From NCBI GenBank assembly GCA_021798875.1, contig JAJZBN010000002.1, positions 82,831 to 146,830 of the forward strand: 64,000 nucleotides of DNA, read 5' to 3'. A model generated the notes under the pieces. The model did not search any database, had not been told where the DNA came from, and saw nothing but the letters and a program-made list of their open reading frames with translations. Positions 1 through 8,654 of the stretch are shown one piece after another. The stretch is from a bacterium (lineage in GTDB: Bacteria > SZUA-79 > Acidulodesulfobacterales > Acidulodesulfobacteraceae). Within the stretch, counting starts at the first letter, position 1. Every line of letters starts with the position of its first letter. The position numbers were made by a program, and so were the translations under genes.

Positions 1-320
1 CAAGCATTTTTTCGTCGTTTTCTTCTATAGAAATATCGTATAGATCTTTTATGTTTTTAAACTCTTCGTAAACGGAATAAAAAGGTTTAATCTTATTTTC
101 GATAGCCGATTTTTCTATTAATATTTCTTTGGAATAATTAATATCTTTATAAAAATCTTCTTTTGAAGAAATTTCTTCTATTTCTTCAAGTCTTTTTGCG
201 GAAATATCGACTTCAAAGCGCCCTCCGCAGTTTTTCTAATTTTTCTTCGAGAGTTTTTATGCTTCTTTCCAAAAGACTTACGTTAAAAAGTGAATCGCCC
301 TGAGTTGAAGCTATAGACAT
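1..320 (-). CDS. prfB: peptide chain release factor 2, 5' part (gene runs off the window start); needs a programmed +1 frameshift
   Basis: ATG at 320-318 with GGAGG about 8 nt upstream. Frame 0 reads MSIASTQGDSLFNVSLLERSIKTLEEKLEKLRRAL, then TGA (215-213). The +1 frame stays open to position 1 as EVDISAKRLEEIEEISSKEDFYKDINYSKEILIEKSAIENKIKPFYSVYEEF..., which aligns with the RF2 N-terminal domain (E. coli [21 protein letters not shown]...). Absent from the ORF track because each piece is short. Confidence 0.85.
213..226 (-). promoter_or_regulatory. RF2 autoregulatory +1 frameshift site (internal SD GGAGG, 3 nt, CTT TGA A)
   Basis: Minus strand reads CGG AGG GCG CTT TGA AGT. GGAGG (226-222) lies 3 nt before the slippery CTT (218-216), followed by in-frame TGA (215-213). 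This is the same architecture as E. coli AGGGGG-UAU-CUU-UGA-C. Confidence 0.8.
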
Positions 321-360
321 TTAAAAACCTCCGGATAAGTATATTTTTTAAAATTTAACT

Positions 361-1944
361 TTATTTTTCTCTATAAATATTTAACGTGGGAAACAGTTTT
401 AATATCAAAGCGTATAACATTGAAATTAAAAAAACAATATCCGATATATAAGCAAATATATTACCATATAATGCAAAAAAAGTCTTTCTATTAATTAACT
501 TAGCGTAACCTATCATATAAGTCCGTTTAAATATCCGCGTTTCGCCTATAATTTTCCCGACGGGCGATATTATTCCGCTTATACCGGTATTTCCTGAGCG
601 AACGATATACCTTTCGTTTTCTACCGCCGGAAAAACCGTCATAGACATATCCTGATAAGGAGCCGACGTTTTTCCGTACCATGCATCGTCCGTAATACTT
701 ACGAAAAGATTTGCTCCGTTTTTTGGAAAATGTCTTACTAATCCGTCAAAATATGCTTCATAGCATATCATGGAGCCTATTTTTAATTTGCCGTTTTTTA
801 AAATTCTGAATTTTTTACCGGCAGTAAAGTTTCCTATTCCCGCTCCCTTTAAAATATGCGCCAAAAAAGGCAGCTGTTTCTTTAACGGTATATATTCTCC
901 GAAAGGAACCAAATGATGTTTGTCGTAATAGTAATACTTTCCTTTATCGGTAAACATATAGTCTCTGTTATAATAATGATACGTAAAATTAAAAAATTTA
1001 AACCCTATCGCGCCGAAAACTAAATCTATTTTATGCTTTTCGGCAAATCCCATAACCTTGTTCCAGTAAAAAGGATAAACCGAGATAATATACGGGAGCG
1101 CTGTTTCAGGCCATATAACCAGCCGAGGTTTATATTTTAAAGACTGCTTCGTCAATTTAAGATATATATGCGTCGTTCTTTTTTTCGTAATTTTCCATTT
1201 TTGGAACATCCCTATATTCCCCTGAATAAGGGCGACCCTTAAAGGCTTTTTATGTTTAACGAGTTTATTTACCGAATATATATTGTAATAACCGTATAAT
1301 ATTACTAAAATAAAAACAGATACAACGAAAAACAGTTCAAATAATGCCTGTTTTTTTGAAAGCCTGCTTTTTAAAAAAATAAAGCCGAAAATTGCATAAT
1401 TAACAAGGACTATTATAAAAGATAACCCAAAAACGCCGATAATATTTGAAATTTGTATAAAAGGTATATTTAAATACTGCGAACAGCCTAAGTTTTCCCA
1501 TGGAAAACCGGTTAACAGCTTAGATTTCAAAAACTCGAAAAAAACCCAGCTTGAAGGTATTAGAATAAAGCTTAATTTTTTATATCGGTTTAATATAATC
1601 TTTGAAAAACCGGCAAACAGAGCCACGTAAAGAGCAAGATACGAAGCAAGAAGAAGCAGCGCAAAAACCGCTATATAGTATGGCAGAGCACCGAATTTGC
1701 TTACGGTATAAACTATCCAGTAAAGTATAATTACGTATGAAACTATACCGGCAATAAAACCGTATAGTAAAGATTCTTTAAAACCCTTAGATTTATATAC
1801 GGCGTATAAAAGAGGGATTAAAGCAATCCATGCGAGAAACTCAAGATTAAAAACCGGAAACAATAAAGCTGTTATAACACCGGATAAACAGGCTAAACAT
1901 AGATTCTTTATTTTATCGTTCAGTAGAATATCCTTCACTATCAC
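361..1944 (-). CDS. lnt: apolipoprotein N-acyltransferase
   Basis: Polytopic N-terminus plus a C-terminal CN-hydrolase domain with the catalytic E/K/C contexts VIWPETALPY, KHHLVPFGEYIP and GSMICYEAYF. GTG start overlaps the mazG stop. Confidence 0.9.
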   Translation of the reverse strand: MIVKDILLNDKIKNLCLACLSGVITALLFPVFNLEFLAWIALIPLLYAVYKSKGFKESLLYGFIAGIVSYVIILYWIVYTVSKFGALPYYIAVFALLLLASYLALYVALFAGFSKIILNRYKKLSFILIPSSWVFFEFLKSKLLTGFPWENLGCSQYLNIPFIQISNIIGVFGLSFIIVLVNYAIFGFIFLKSRLSKKQALFELFFVVSVFILVILYGYYNIYSVNKLVKHKKPLRVALIQGNIGMFQKWKITKKRTTHIYLKLTKQSLKYKPRLVIWPETALPYIISVYPFYWNKVMGFAEKHKIDLVFGAIGFKFFNFTYHYYNRDYMFTDKGKYYYYDKHHLVPFGEYIPLKKQLPFLAHILKGAGIGNFTAGKKFRILKNGKLKIGSMICYEAYFDGLVRHFPKNGANLFVSITDDAWYGKTSAPYQDMSMTVFPAVENERYIVRSGNTGISGIISPVGKIIGETRIFKRTYMIGYAKLINRKTFFALYGNIFAYISDIVFLISMLYALILKLFPTLNIYREK

Positions 1945-2789
1945 TATTGCGATTCCTTTTTAGATGATTTCCACAATTCGTCCAAGCTTGCGGCATCTAA
2001 TTCAGACAGCGGTTTTACAGATTTCTCTTCCATATATCCGAATCTTTTTATAAATTTATCAGTAGATTTATTTAAAGCCGAACAGGGATGTATGTCTAAA
2101 AGCCTTCCCAGATTTACTATAGAAAATAAAATATCGCCGTATTCCTCTGTTATTTTATTTTTATTTCCGTCTTTATCGGCATTGCCGTTCTTATTTAGTT
2201 CTTCTTTAAATTCCTCTATTTCTTCATATACTTTTTTTAAAGCATCTTCGGCGTCCGCAAAATCCAAACCTTGTCTCTTAGCTTTTTCCTGAACCATATA
2301 TGCCCTGTGCAGAGACGGCATGGATTCCGAAATATATACGGACGGTTTTTTTGGAACGTCCGGCTTGTTTTTCGATTTCTCCTTTTTTTCTTCCCCTTTT
2401 ATCCTTTCCCAGTTTCTAAGGATAGCGTCTTCAAGGCATTCGCCCTCTTTTAAAGAAAAATTTTCGTCGAAAACATGAGGATGTCTTCTTATAAGTTTTT
2501 TGTTTACCGTCCCTATAACGTCGCCGATAGAAAACTCTTTTTTATCTGCATAAACATCCGATAAAAAAACGACTTGAAGGAGAAGGTCTCCGAGTTCCTC
2601 CATTATTTCTATTTTATCGCCGGAACTTATAGCTTCTACGACTTCATATGCTTCTTCTATTACATACGGTTTTAGCGTTTCTTCGGTCTGCTTCCTGTCC
2701 CAGGGACAACCGCTTTCCGATCTTAATTTTTTAACTATTTTTATAAGTTCGCCAAATTTATCGTTTTTTTGTTTTTCTTTTGCAGTCAT
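1944..2789 (-). CDS. mazG: nucleoside triphosphate pyrophosphohydrolase MazG (tandem MazG domains)
   Basis: GCPWDRKQT, EEAYEVVEAI and ELGDLLLQVVF motifs. A second repeat carries EEYGDILFSIVNL. Confidence 0.88.
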   Translation of the reverse strand: MTAKEKQKNDKFGELIKIVKKLRSESGCPWDRKQTEETLKPYVIEEAYEVVEAISSGDKIEIMEELGDLLLQVVFLSDVYADKKEFSIGDVIGTVNKKLIRRHPHVFDENFSLKEGECLEDAILRNWERIKGEEKKEKSKNKPDVPKKPSVYISESMPSLHRAYMVQEKAKRQGLDFADAEDALKKVYEEIEEFKEELNKNGNADKDGNKNKITEEYGDILFSIVNLGRLLDIHPCSALNKSTDKFIKRFGYMEEKSVKPLSELDAASLDELWKSSKKESQ

Positions 2790-2819
2790 TATTCCCCTTA
2801 TTTAAAATTTTTACAATTA

Positions 2820-3527
2820 TTAAAAATAAAACAGTTTAAATATAAGTACGGTAATTAAAATTCCTATAACGCTTCCGGTTAAAACCTCTATTTTGGTATG
2901 AATTCCACTGCTAATCCTGGAAAAGGCTATTAAGAGCGCAAGGATAAACGTAAGGAGCGAAACTACCGGATTTAAAGTTAAAAAAGATACTATAAGCCAT
3001 ATAGAAAAGGCTATGGCGGCATGACCGCTCGGAAAACCTCCCCTTAGGGGAGTGCCTTTATTAAACATAGCTTTTATTATTATAATTCCCACGAAAACAA
3101 TCGATATAATTATTACGGATATATCCGAACCTTGGGTTTTTATCATATTTATCGTATAGTATATCAAATAATAAAGGTATTTGGAAAAAATTATGTATCC
3201 TACTACGAATGAACCGAATGCAGACAAAAGCACTGCGCCTGCGGCTAAATTTTTTACTGCTGCTATTTCCTCCGAATGCTCTTTAGATATAAAATCCGCA
3301 AGATATTCTATAGACGTATTAAGAGTTTCCGCAAATAAAACAAAAAAAGCCGCAATCAAAACAAATAAAATATCTATTTTCGATACTTTTAAAAAAAGCG
3401 CAAGAATTATAGCGGCAAGAGCTATAGAAAAATGTATTTTCATATTTTTCTCGGTCTTGGTAGCTAAAATAATGCCCTCTATAGCGGCGTTAAAAGATTC
3501 CAAACGGCTCTGGGAGTTTTTTTTCAT
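2820..3527 (-). CDS. fusion protein: prokaryotic diacylglycerol/undecaprenol kinase (DgkA) domain + PAP2 lipid phosphatase domain
   Basis: Residues 1-115 match DAGK_prokar (ETLNTSIEYLAD, KNLAAGAVLLSA). Residues ~150-235 carry PAP2 motifs (PSGHAA; SRISSGIHTKIEV). It is a single uninterrupted 235-aa ORF. Confidence 0.8.
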   Translation of the reverse strand: MKKNSQSRLESFNAAIEGIILATKTEKNMKIHFSIALAAIILALFLKVSKIDILFVLIAAFFVLFAETLNTSIEYLADFISKEHSEEIAAVKNLAAGAVLLSAFGSFVVGYIIFSKYLYYLIYYTINMIKTQGSDISVIIISIVFVGIIIIKAMFNKGTPLRGGFPSGHAAIAFSIWLIVSFLTLNPVVSLLTFILALLIAFSRISSGIHTKIEVLTGSVIGILITVLIFKLFYF

Positions 3528-3531
3528 ATAT

Positions 3532-4074
3532 TTACAGTTTCCCGTTTAAATCTTTATATAAAAAATTCTGCATATTTTTCATATCTTTATCGTAATCTTC
3601 TTCGTCTAAATTTAACTTATGTTCTTCGTCGTGAACATATCCGAAAATGTGAAGAATACCGTGTATAACAAGCAGAGCAATCTCCCTGCGAAAACCTTTT
3701 CTATAATAATAAAGGGAACGGCTTTCTTTATCGTTGTTTTGAGATATCCACTCGGATTTTTCCCAAAATTCGCGGTTTTTGAGATAGTTTTTTTGTGCAA
3801 CGGACGGCGATATATATATTTCGCCAAGATGATAAACGCCGTTTTCCCATTCTTTAATTTCAAACGAAAGTACGTCGGTAGCTTTATTTTTATTCCTGTA
3901 AGTTTTGTTCAATTTTTTAATATAATTTTCGGAACAGAAAATTATATTTATTTCATAAGAACCGCAATAAAGGCGATTAATGGAATTTCTAACGATATAG
4001 CGGACTAACTTTTGGTCTATTTTGAATTTTCTCTGAATATCCGTTATATTTATTATCGTTTTTGCCTGTTTCAC
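3532..4074 (-). CDS. ybeY: rRNA maturation endoribonuclease YbeY
   Basis: Zinc motif HGILHIFGYVHD and TDVLSF. GTG start at 4074 is preceded by GGAGGCGAGGA. Lies in the conserved phoH-7TMHD-ybeY-dgkA context. Confidence 0.88.
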   Translation of the reverse strand: MKQAKTIINITDIQRKFKIDQKLVRYIVRNSINRLYCGSYEINIIFCSENYIKKLNKTYRNKNKATDVLSFEIKEWENGVYHLGEIYISPSVAQKNYLKNREFWEKSEWISQNNDKESRSLYYYRKGFRREIALLVIHGILHIFGYVHDEEHKLNLDEEDYDKDMKNMQNFLYKDLNGKL

Positions 4075-6307
4075 TTTTATCCTCGCCTCCGGTCTGCCTG
4101 TCTATATATGGAATTCTTTGATGAAAAACGGAATTTAAAACTTTTACGAAAGCATCGCCTATAATATGAAGATCTTTAAGCGTTAATTCGCATTCGTCAA
4201 GCTGTCCGTCCGTATAAATTCTATTTATGGTTTTTCTGACCATTTGCTCAACCCTTGACGGCGATATATTCGACATCGACCTGGATATAGCTTCTACGGA
4301 ATCTGCCAGCATAATTATTCCGGCCTCTTTAGTCTGAGGTTTTCTGCCTGCATATCTGAAAGCATCGCTCGAAATATTAGCGCCTTTATTTTCGTTATAT
4401 GCCTTTTCGTAAAAAGACCCTATCATAGAAGTACCGTGATGTTCTGCGATTATGCTTTCTATTTTATTTCCGAGTTTATATTTTTTTGCAAGTTCTTGTC
4501 CATCTTTTACATGCGAAGCTATAATCAAACTGCTCATGGTAGGGGACAGTTTGTCGTGCGGATTTTCGGAATTTACTATATTTTCTATGAAATAGTTAGG
4601 CTTGGCTATTTTTCCTATATCGTGGTAAAGACTGGCGACCCTTGCCAAAAGAGGGTTGGCTCCCACCGCAGTCGCGGCGGATTCCGCGAGAGTAGAAGTC
4701 ATTATCGAATGCTGGTATGTGCCTGGAGCAGCTATAGAAAACTGCCTGAGTAAAGGGTTGCCGGCACTTGAAAGTTCCAGCAGTTTAAAATCGGTCGTAA
4801 ACCCGAACAGGCTTTCTAAAATCGGAATAAGCCCTATAACTATAACAGAAGAAACTACGCCGGATAAAAAAGCCGAAACTACGGTATAAAGGGTTTGAAC
4901 ATTTATAAGATTAAAACCTATCAACGCAAATGCCGATACCATTAATACATTTATAAAACCGGTAATGACGCCGGCTCTGATTACTCTTCCCCACGAAGAA
5001 AAATCGAAAACTTCGTATGATGCTATAAAACTTCCTGCAAAAGTATATATCATAAAAAAAATAGAGTTTTTAAAAATTATAGACGTCAATATAGAAAAAA
5101 GAGCTATATAAACTACCGAAACTTCCGAATTTAAAATTATCCTTACCAGCATTGGCCCAAAAGCGAATGGAATCAAGTAATACAAGTCGCTTTTATCGAT
5201 AAAAGGAAAATATAAGGAAAGCGCGTTAGAAAATATAATGCCGGCTTTTATCAATAATATGGAAAACAATAATATCGTAATTACAAAAAATATATTTTTA
5301 AAATCCAACGTAGTCCTGAATTTTTTTATATATCTATAAGGAAAAATATAGGACAGCGACAAAAGTATATTTATTACTAAAAATAATCCTATTAGCGACG
5401 GTATATTATTTTTTAATTTAAACTTAGAATCGTACGTATTTAATTCAAGAGCTTTCGACTTGGTTATAAGTTCTCCAGCTTTTATCAAAATCGCGCCTTT
5501 GTTGACGCGTATAAAAATAGGTTTATTTTCTTTTTTAATTATTTCTATTTTTTTTAACGTAAGATACTTTGAGTAAATAATATCAGGTTTTATAATGCCG
5601 TAAGTAATATCGTAAATATCCATACGCATATAATCCGGCAGGAAATTTAAATATTTTACTGTATAATAATAAGCAAAACTTTTTACCTTTTTAGAAGTAA
5701 AAAAAATTTGAGGATAGTTTACTATTTTTTGGGTGTTTGTTACCGTGTTTTTTATTTCTATGTTTTTGCCGGACGACGGCGGTTTAGATAAAACCCCTGT
5801 TTTATAAACGTTAGAAACTATTCTTAAAATATAATTTTCTACGTTTTTGTTGTAATTCAAATAATAAAATTCGTCAAGAACGTTTTTGTTTAATTTTACT
5901 CCTAATTTAGACTCGAATATATTTTCCGTAATATTTTGATTTTCTTTATTCGGCTTGTGTTCGTCCTTATATGTTCTTGCTACGGAAAAAGCTTTTTTTA
6001 TTTTCCTTGTTAAACTTGTTTTAATTTCGGGATAATACAGATAAACATTCGGACTTTCGGCTATTTTCTTTTTTAAAATTGCGTTGGTCGCTTTGGTATT
6101 AACGTATCTGAAATTTCTTTTGGCTATTATCGTTTTTGTAGCTATCTCTCCCGCTTTATATTTATTTTTTATAAATTCCAGACCGTTATAAAGCAAAAAC
6201 GTCAATAATACCGAAGATATCAAAAGAATTATTAAAATGAGGGAATAACGACTCTTAATTTCAATTGAATTATTTTTTAAAAATTCTAAAAATTTAGTTC
6301 TTTTCAT
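3989..6307 (-). CDS. 7TM-receptor / HD-domain phosphohydrolase (YqfF/PgpH type)
   Basis: N-terminal anchor plus extracytoplasmic domain, a 7-TM block, then an HD domain (LYHDIGK, AEHHGTS). The 3' tail overlaps ybeY by 86 nt. Confidence 0.85.
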   Translation of the reverse strand: MKRTKFLEFLKNNSIEIKSRYSLILIILLISSVLLTFLLYNGLEFIKNKYKAGEIATKTIIAKRNFRYVNTKATNAILKKKIAESPNVYLYYPEIKTSLTRKIKKAFSVARTYKDEHKPNKENQNITENIFESKLGVKLNKNVLDEFYYLNYNKNVENYILRIVSNVYKTGVLSKPPSSGKNIEIKNTVTNTQKIVNYPQIFFTSKKVKSFAYYYTVKYLNFLPDYMRMDIYDITYGIIKPDIIYSKYLTLKKIEIIKKENKPIFIRVNKGAILIKAGELITKSKALELNTYDSKFKLKNNIPSLIGLFLVINILLSLSYIFPYRYIKKFRTTLDFKNIFFVITILLFSILLIKAGIIFSNALSLYFPFIDKSDLYYLIPFAFGPMLVRIILNSEVSVVYIALFSILTSIIFKNSIFFMIYTFAGSFIASYEVFDFSSWGRVIRAGVITGFINVLMVSAFALIGFNLINVQTLYTVVSAFLSGVVSSVIVIGLIPILESLFGFTTDFKLLELSSAGNPLLRQFSIAAPGTYQHSIMTSTLAESAATAVGANPLLARVASLYHDIGKIAKPNYFIENIVNSENPHDKLSPTMSSLIIASHVKDGQELAKKYKLGNKIESIIAEHHGTSMIGSFYEKAYNENKGANISSDAFRYAGRKPQTKEAGIIMLADSVEAISRSMSNISPSRVEQMVRKTINRIYTDGQLDECELTLKDLHIIGDAFVKVLNSVFHQRIPYIDRQTGGEDKSETGKNDNKYNGYSEKIQNRPKVSPLYR

Positions 6308-7304
6308 ATGCTTTTATTATATCTCGGACTAATTTATGCCGCAGGACGTCTGTTTCGTCGAAATTTACCACTTCTATGCCGTCGATATTTTTTAAAATTT
6401 TACTTGCTTTTATAAGTCCCGAATCTTTATCGGAAGGCAAATCCGTCTGAGTAATATCTCCGTTTACTACTATCTTAGAGCCGGAACCTATTCTTGTCAG
6501 CATCATTTTCATCTGTTCGTTTGTTGCATTTTGCGCTTCATCAAGTATTATAAACGAGTTATTTAGAGTCCTTCCTCTCATAAAGGCTATTGGAGCAATC
6601 TCGATAACATCTGTTTCTATAAGCCTCATTGCTTTTTCGAACTCCGTCATTTCATACAGGGCATCGTATAGCGGACGCAAATAAGGATTTATCTTTTGCG
6701 CTATATCTCCGGGCAGAAAACCTAATTTTTCGCCCGCCTCCACTGCCGGACGCGTCAAAATAATTCTGTCGAAAACTTTATTCTGAAATAAAGATATGGC
6801 GCATGCCATTGCAAGATAAGTTTTTCCGGTTCCTGCAGGACCTATACCGATAACTACGTCGTTCTTAAAAATTGCATCCGTGTATTTTTTCTGGTTTGGA
6901 GTTCTCGGCGTAATATTTTTCTTTCTCGGGGTTAGAAGAATAGAAGGATATAAATGTGCGGCAACATTAATTTCCGGATTGCCCATTTTTAATTTTGCCA
7001 GTCTTTTTAAATCCTCGTTGGTTACGATTTGGCTTGTTTTAAAAATGCTAATTAAATCTTTTATAAAAAAACTAGCCGTACGTATATTCTTTTTTAAACC
7101 TTTAACTATAACCGTATTGCCCCTGACGGACATATCGACGTCGAATTCGGATTCTATGAGACTTTTAATACCGGAAGAAGGATTTGAAAATTTATTAAAA
7201 AGCTCCATATCTTCAAGCTCTATCTTCTCGGCATCGCTCTTATCATGCTTTGTCAAAGCAAAAGAACTGCTTTCGGTCTTTAAACTTTTATCGTGTTTGC
7301 GCAA
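6294..7304 (-). CDS. phoH: PhoH-family ATPase (YbeZ-like)
   Basis: Walker A GPAGTGKTYLAMA and Walker B IILDEAQN. N-terminal KH-like extension. Confidence 0.88.
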   Translation of the reverse strand: MRKHDKSLKTESSSFALTKHDKSDAEKIELEDMELFNKFSNPSSGIKSLIESEFDVDMSVRGNTVIVKGLKKNIRTASFFIKDLISIFKTSQIVTNEDLKRLAKLKMGNPEINVAAHLYPSILLTPRKKNITPRTPNQKKYTDAIFKNDVVIGIGPAGTGKTYLAMACAISLFQNKVFDRIILTRPAVEAGEKLGFLPGDIAQKINPYLRPLYDALYEMTEFEKAMRLIETDVIEIAPIAFMRGRTLNNSFIILDEAQNATNEQMKMMLTRIGSGSKIVVNGDITQTDLPSDKDSGLIKASKILKNIDGIEVVNFDETDVLRHKLVRDIIKAYEKN

Positions 7305-7343
7305 ATTTTGTTTTTTAATTACCCCTTAAAAATATATATAAAA

Positions 7344-7377
7344 AATTATACAATGTTATATATAATATTGTATAATT
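7344..7377. promoter_or_regulatory. perfect 11-bp inverted repeat (AATTATACAAT-12 nt-ATTGTATAATT) in the phoH / L,D-transpeptidase divergent region; candidate operator
   Basis: Read directly from the sequence. It overlaps several TATAAT-like hexamers. No function is demonstrated, and the background is very AT-rich. Confidence 0.3.
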
Positions 7378-7457
7378 ATAATGACTTAAAAAATTACCCG
7401 CTTATTTCGATTATAACATTATTGTTAAAAAAGTCAAAAATTAACTAATTGCGTCTT

Positions 7458-7494
7458 CCGAATTAAATTCGGGCACTATTGCAAAATGGAACGC
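7458..7494 (+). repeat. possible degenerate copy of the hairpin + CAAAATGGAA element
   Basis: CCGAATT-A-AATTCGG followed by GCACTATTGCAAAATGGAACGC. Compare GGTGCCAGAATT-C-AATTCTGGCACCGTCACAAAATGGAAAAG at 27251-27410 and the copy at 58806-58848. The similarity is partial. Confidence 0.3.
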
Positions 7495-7517
7495 AAAACT
7501 GAAATGGAATAGGTCAA

Positions 7518-8654
7518 ATGAACCTTAACAGAAAACATATATTTTTATTAACGGTACTGATTGCGGTTTTGATCGCAGGCTCATATTTTTCGATGAAATT
7601 CATATTTTTTCCGCTATCGGTTTCTGCAACGCGAAATAAACAAATAAAAATAAAAAAACCGAGTTTTAATCAAATTATGGGTATAAAACCTTCGTTAGTA
7701 AAAATATCTAAACCTTCTAAAAAAAAAGAACAAGTTAAAAAAAAAGTTTATAAACCGGATTTAACTAAACCGCTTGATTGCACAAACCTTAACATATTCC
7801 TTTGCACGGTAAAATATTTGCGATACTTGAAGTATCTTCCTATTTCTTTGACCGATAAAGGTAAATATAAATTTTCTTTCTCAATACCGGAAAATCTTAA
7901 AAAAATTGCTTATTCTTACGGCTGGAACGAACAGAACCCTTTGATTATAGGCGCAATTGCAAAATACCTTTACGAATCCGGCAGAATTATAGACGGAGAA
8001 TACGATGAACCTGAAATAAACGACAAACTGCTGTGCGAACTCGAAAAAAGCGCAGAAAAAAAACAATTCAACAAACAACCGTGGGACTGGGTATTGGTAA
8101 ACCAGTCGAAAACTAACGAGAAAGCCGATTTATACGAAAACGGCCGAATAATTTTTTCTTTTCCGGTAAATACAGGAATATTGGGATTAACGCCGGACGG
8201 CACCTGGTATGTTTTCTTAAGGCTTCCAGACACCACTATGACAGGACTTTTTCCGGTACCTATTACTAAAAAACTTTATGAGTCTTTAAAATCAAAACAC
8301 TTTAAAAACATAGAATGTTTAGATGGACATCCGGTCAAACTTGTTCATTATTCCGATTCCGGAATAAAATATATAGACTATTTCCATAAAAGCGTGGCTC
8401 TTCACTATATGCATCGCAAATATTACGGCTTTCCTCAATCTGCCGGATGCATCGAGCTTTCGGAGCAAGATGCGCTTCTGTTATATAAACAGATAGGCTA
8501 TGGAACTATAGTAACCATAACGGGCGCTACTATTAGCAAAAAAATTAGAATGCCGCTAAAAACTACGCCGAAAATAAAAACCAATATAACGGCACGAACA
8601 AAACAACCTGTAGAAAAAACCAAGAATAAGAAAAATAAGAAACTGAAAAGTTAA
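7518..8654 (+). CDS. membrane-anchored L,D-transpeptidase (YkuD)-like protein
   Basis: N-terminal TM helix and Lys-rich linkers. C-terminal YkuD-like catalytic context HYMHRKYYGFPQSAGCIELS (His ... S-x-G-C-I). Confidence 0.65.
   Translation: MNLNRKHIFLLTVLIAVLIAGSYFSMKFIFFPLSVSATRNKQIKIKKPSFNQIMGIKPSLVKISKPSKKKEQVKKKVYKPDLTKPLDCTNLNIFLCTVKYLRYLKYLPISLTDKGKYKFSFSIPENLKKIAYSYGWNEQNPLIIGAIAKYLYESGRIIDGEYDEPEINDKLLCELEKSAEKKQFNKQPWDWVLVNQSKTNEKADLYENGRIIFSFPVNTGILGLTPDGTWYVFLRLPDTTMTGLFPVPITKKLYESLKSKHFKNIECLDGHPVKLVHYSDSGIKYIDYFHKSVALHYMHRKYYGFPQSAGCIELSEQDALLLYKQIGYGTIVTITGATISKKIRMPLKTTPKIKTNITARTKQPVEKTKNKKNKKLKS

Noticed and set aside
3612-4008. ORFs of 83 aa (minus) and 129 aa (plus) inside ybeY
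   Set aside because: They lie entirely within, or antisense to, the well-supported ybeY frame, and they have low-complexity sequences.
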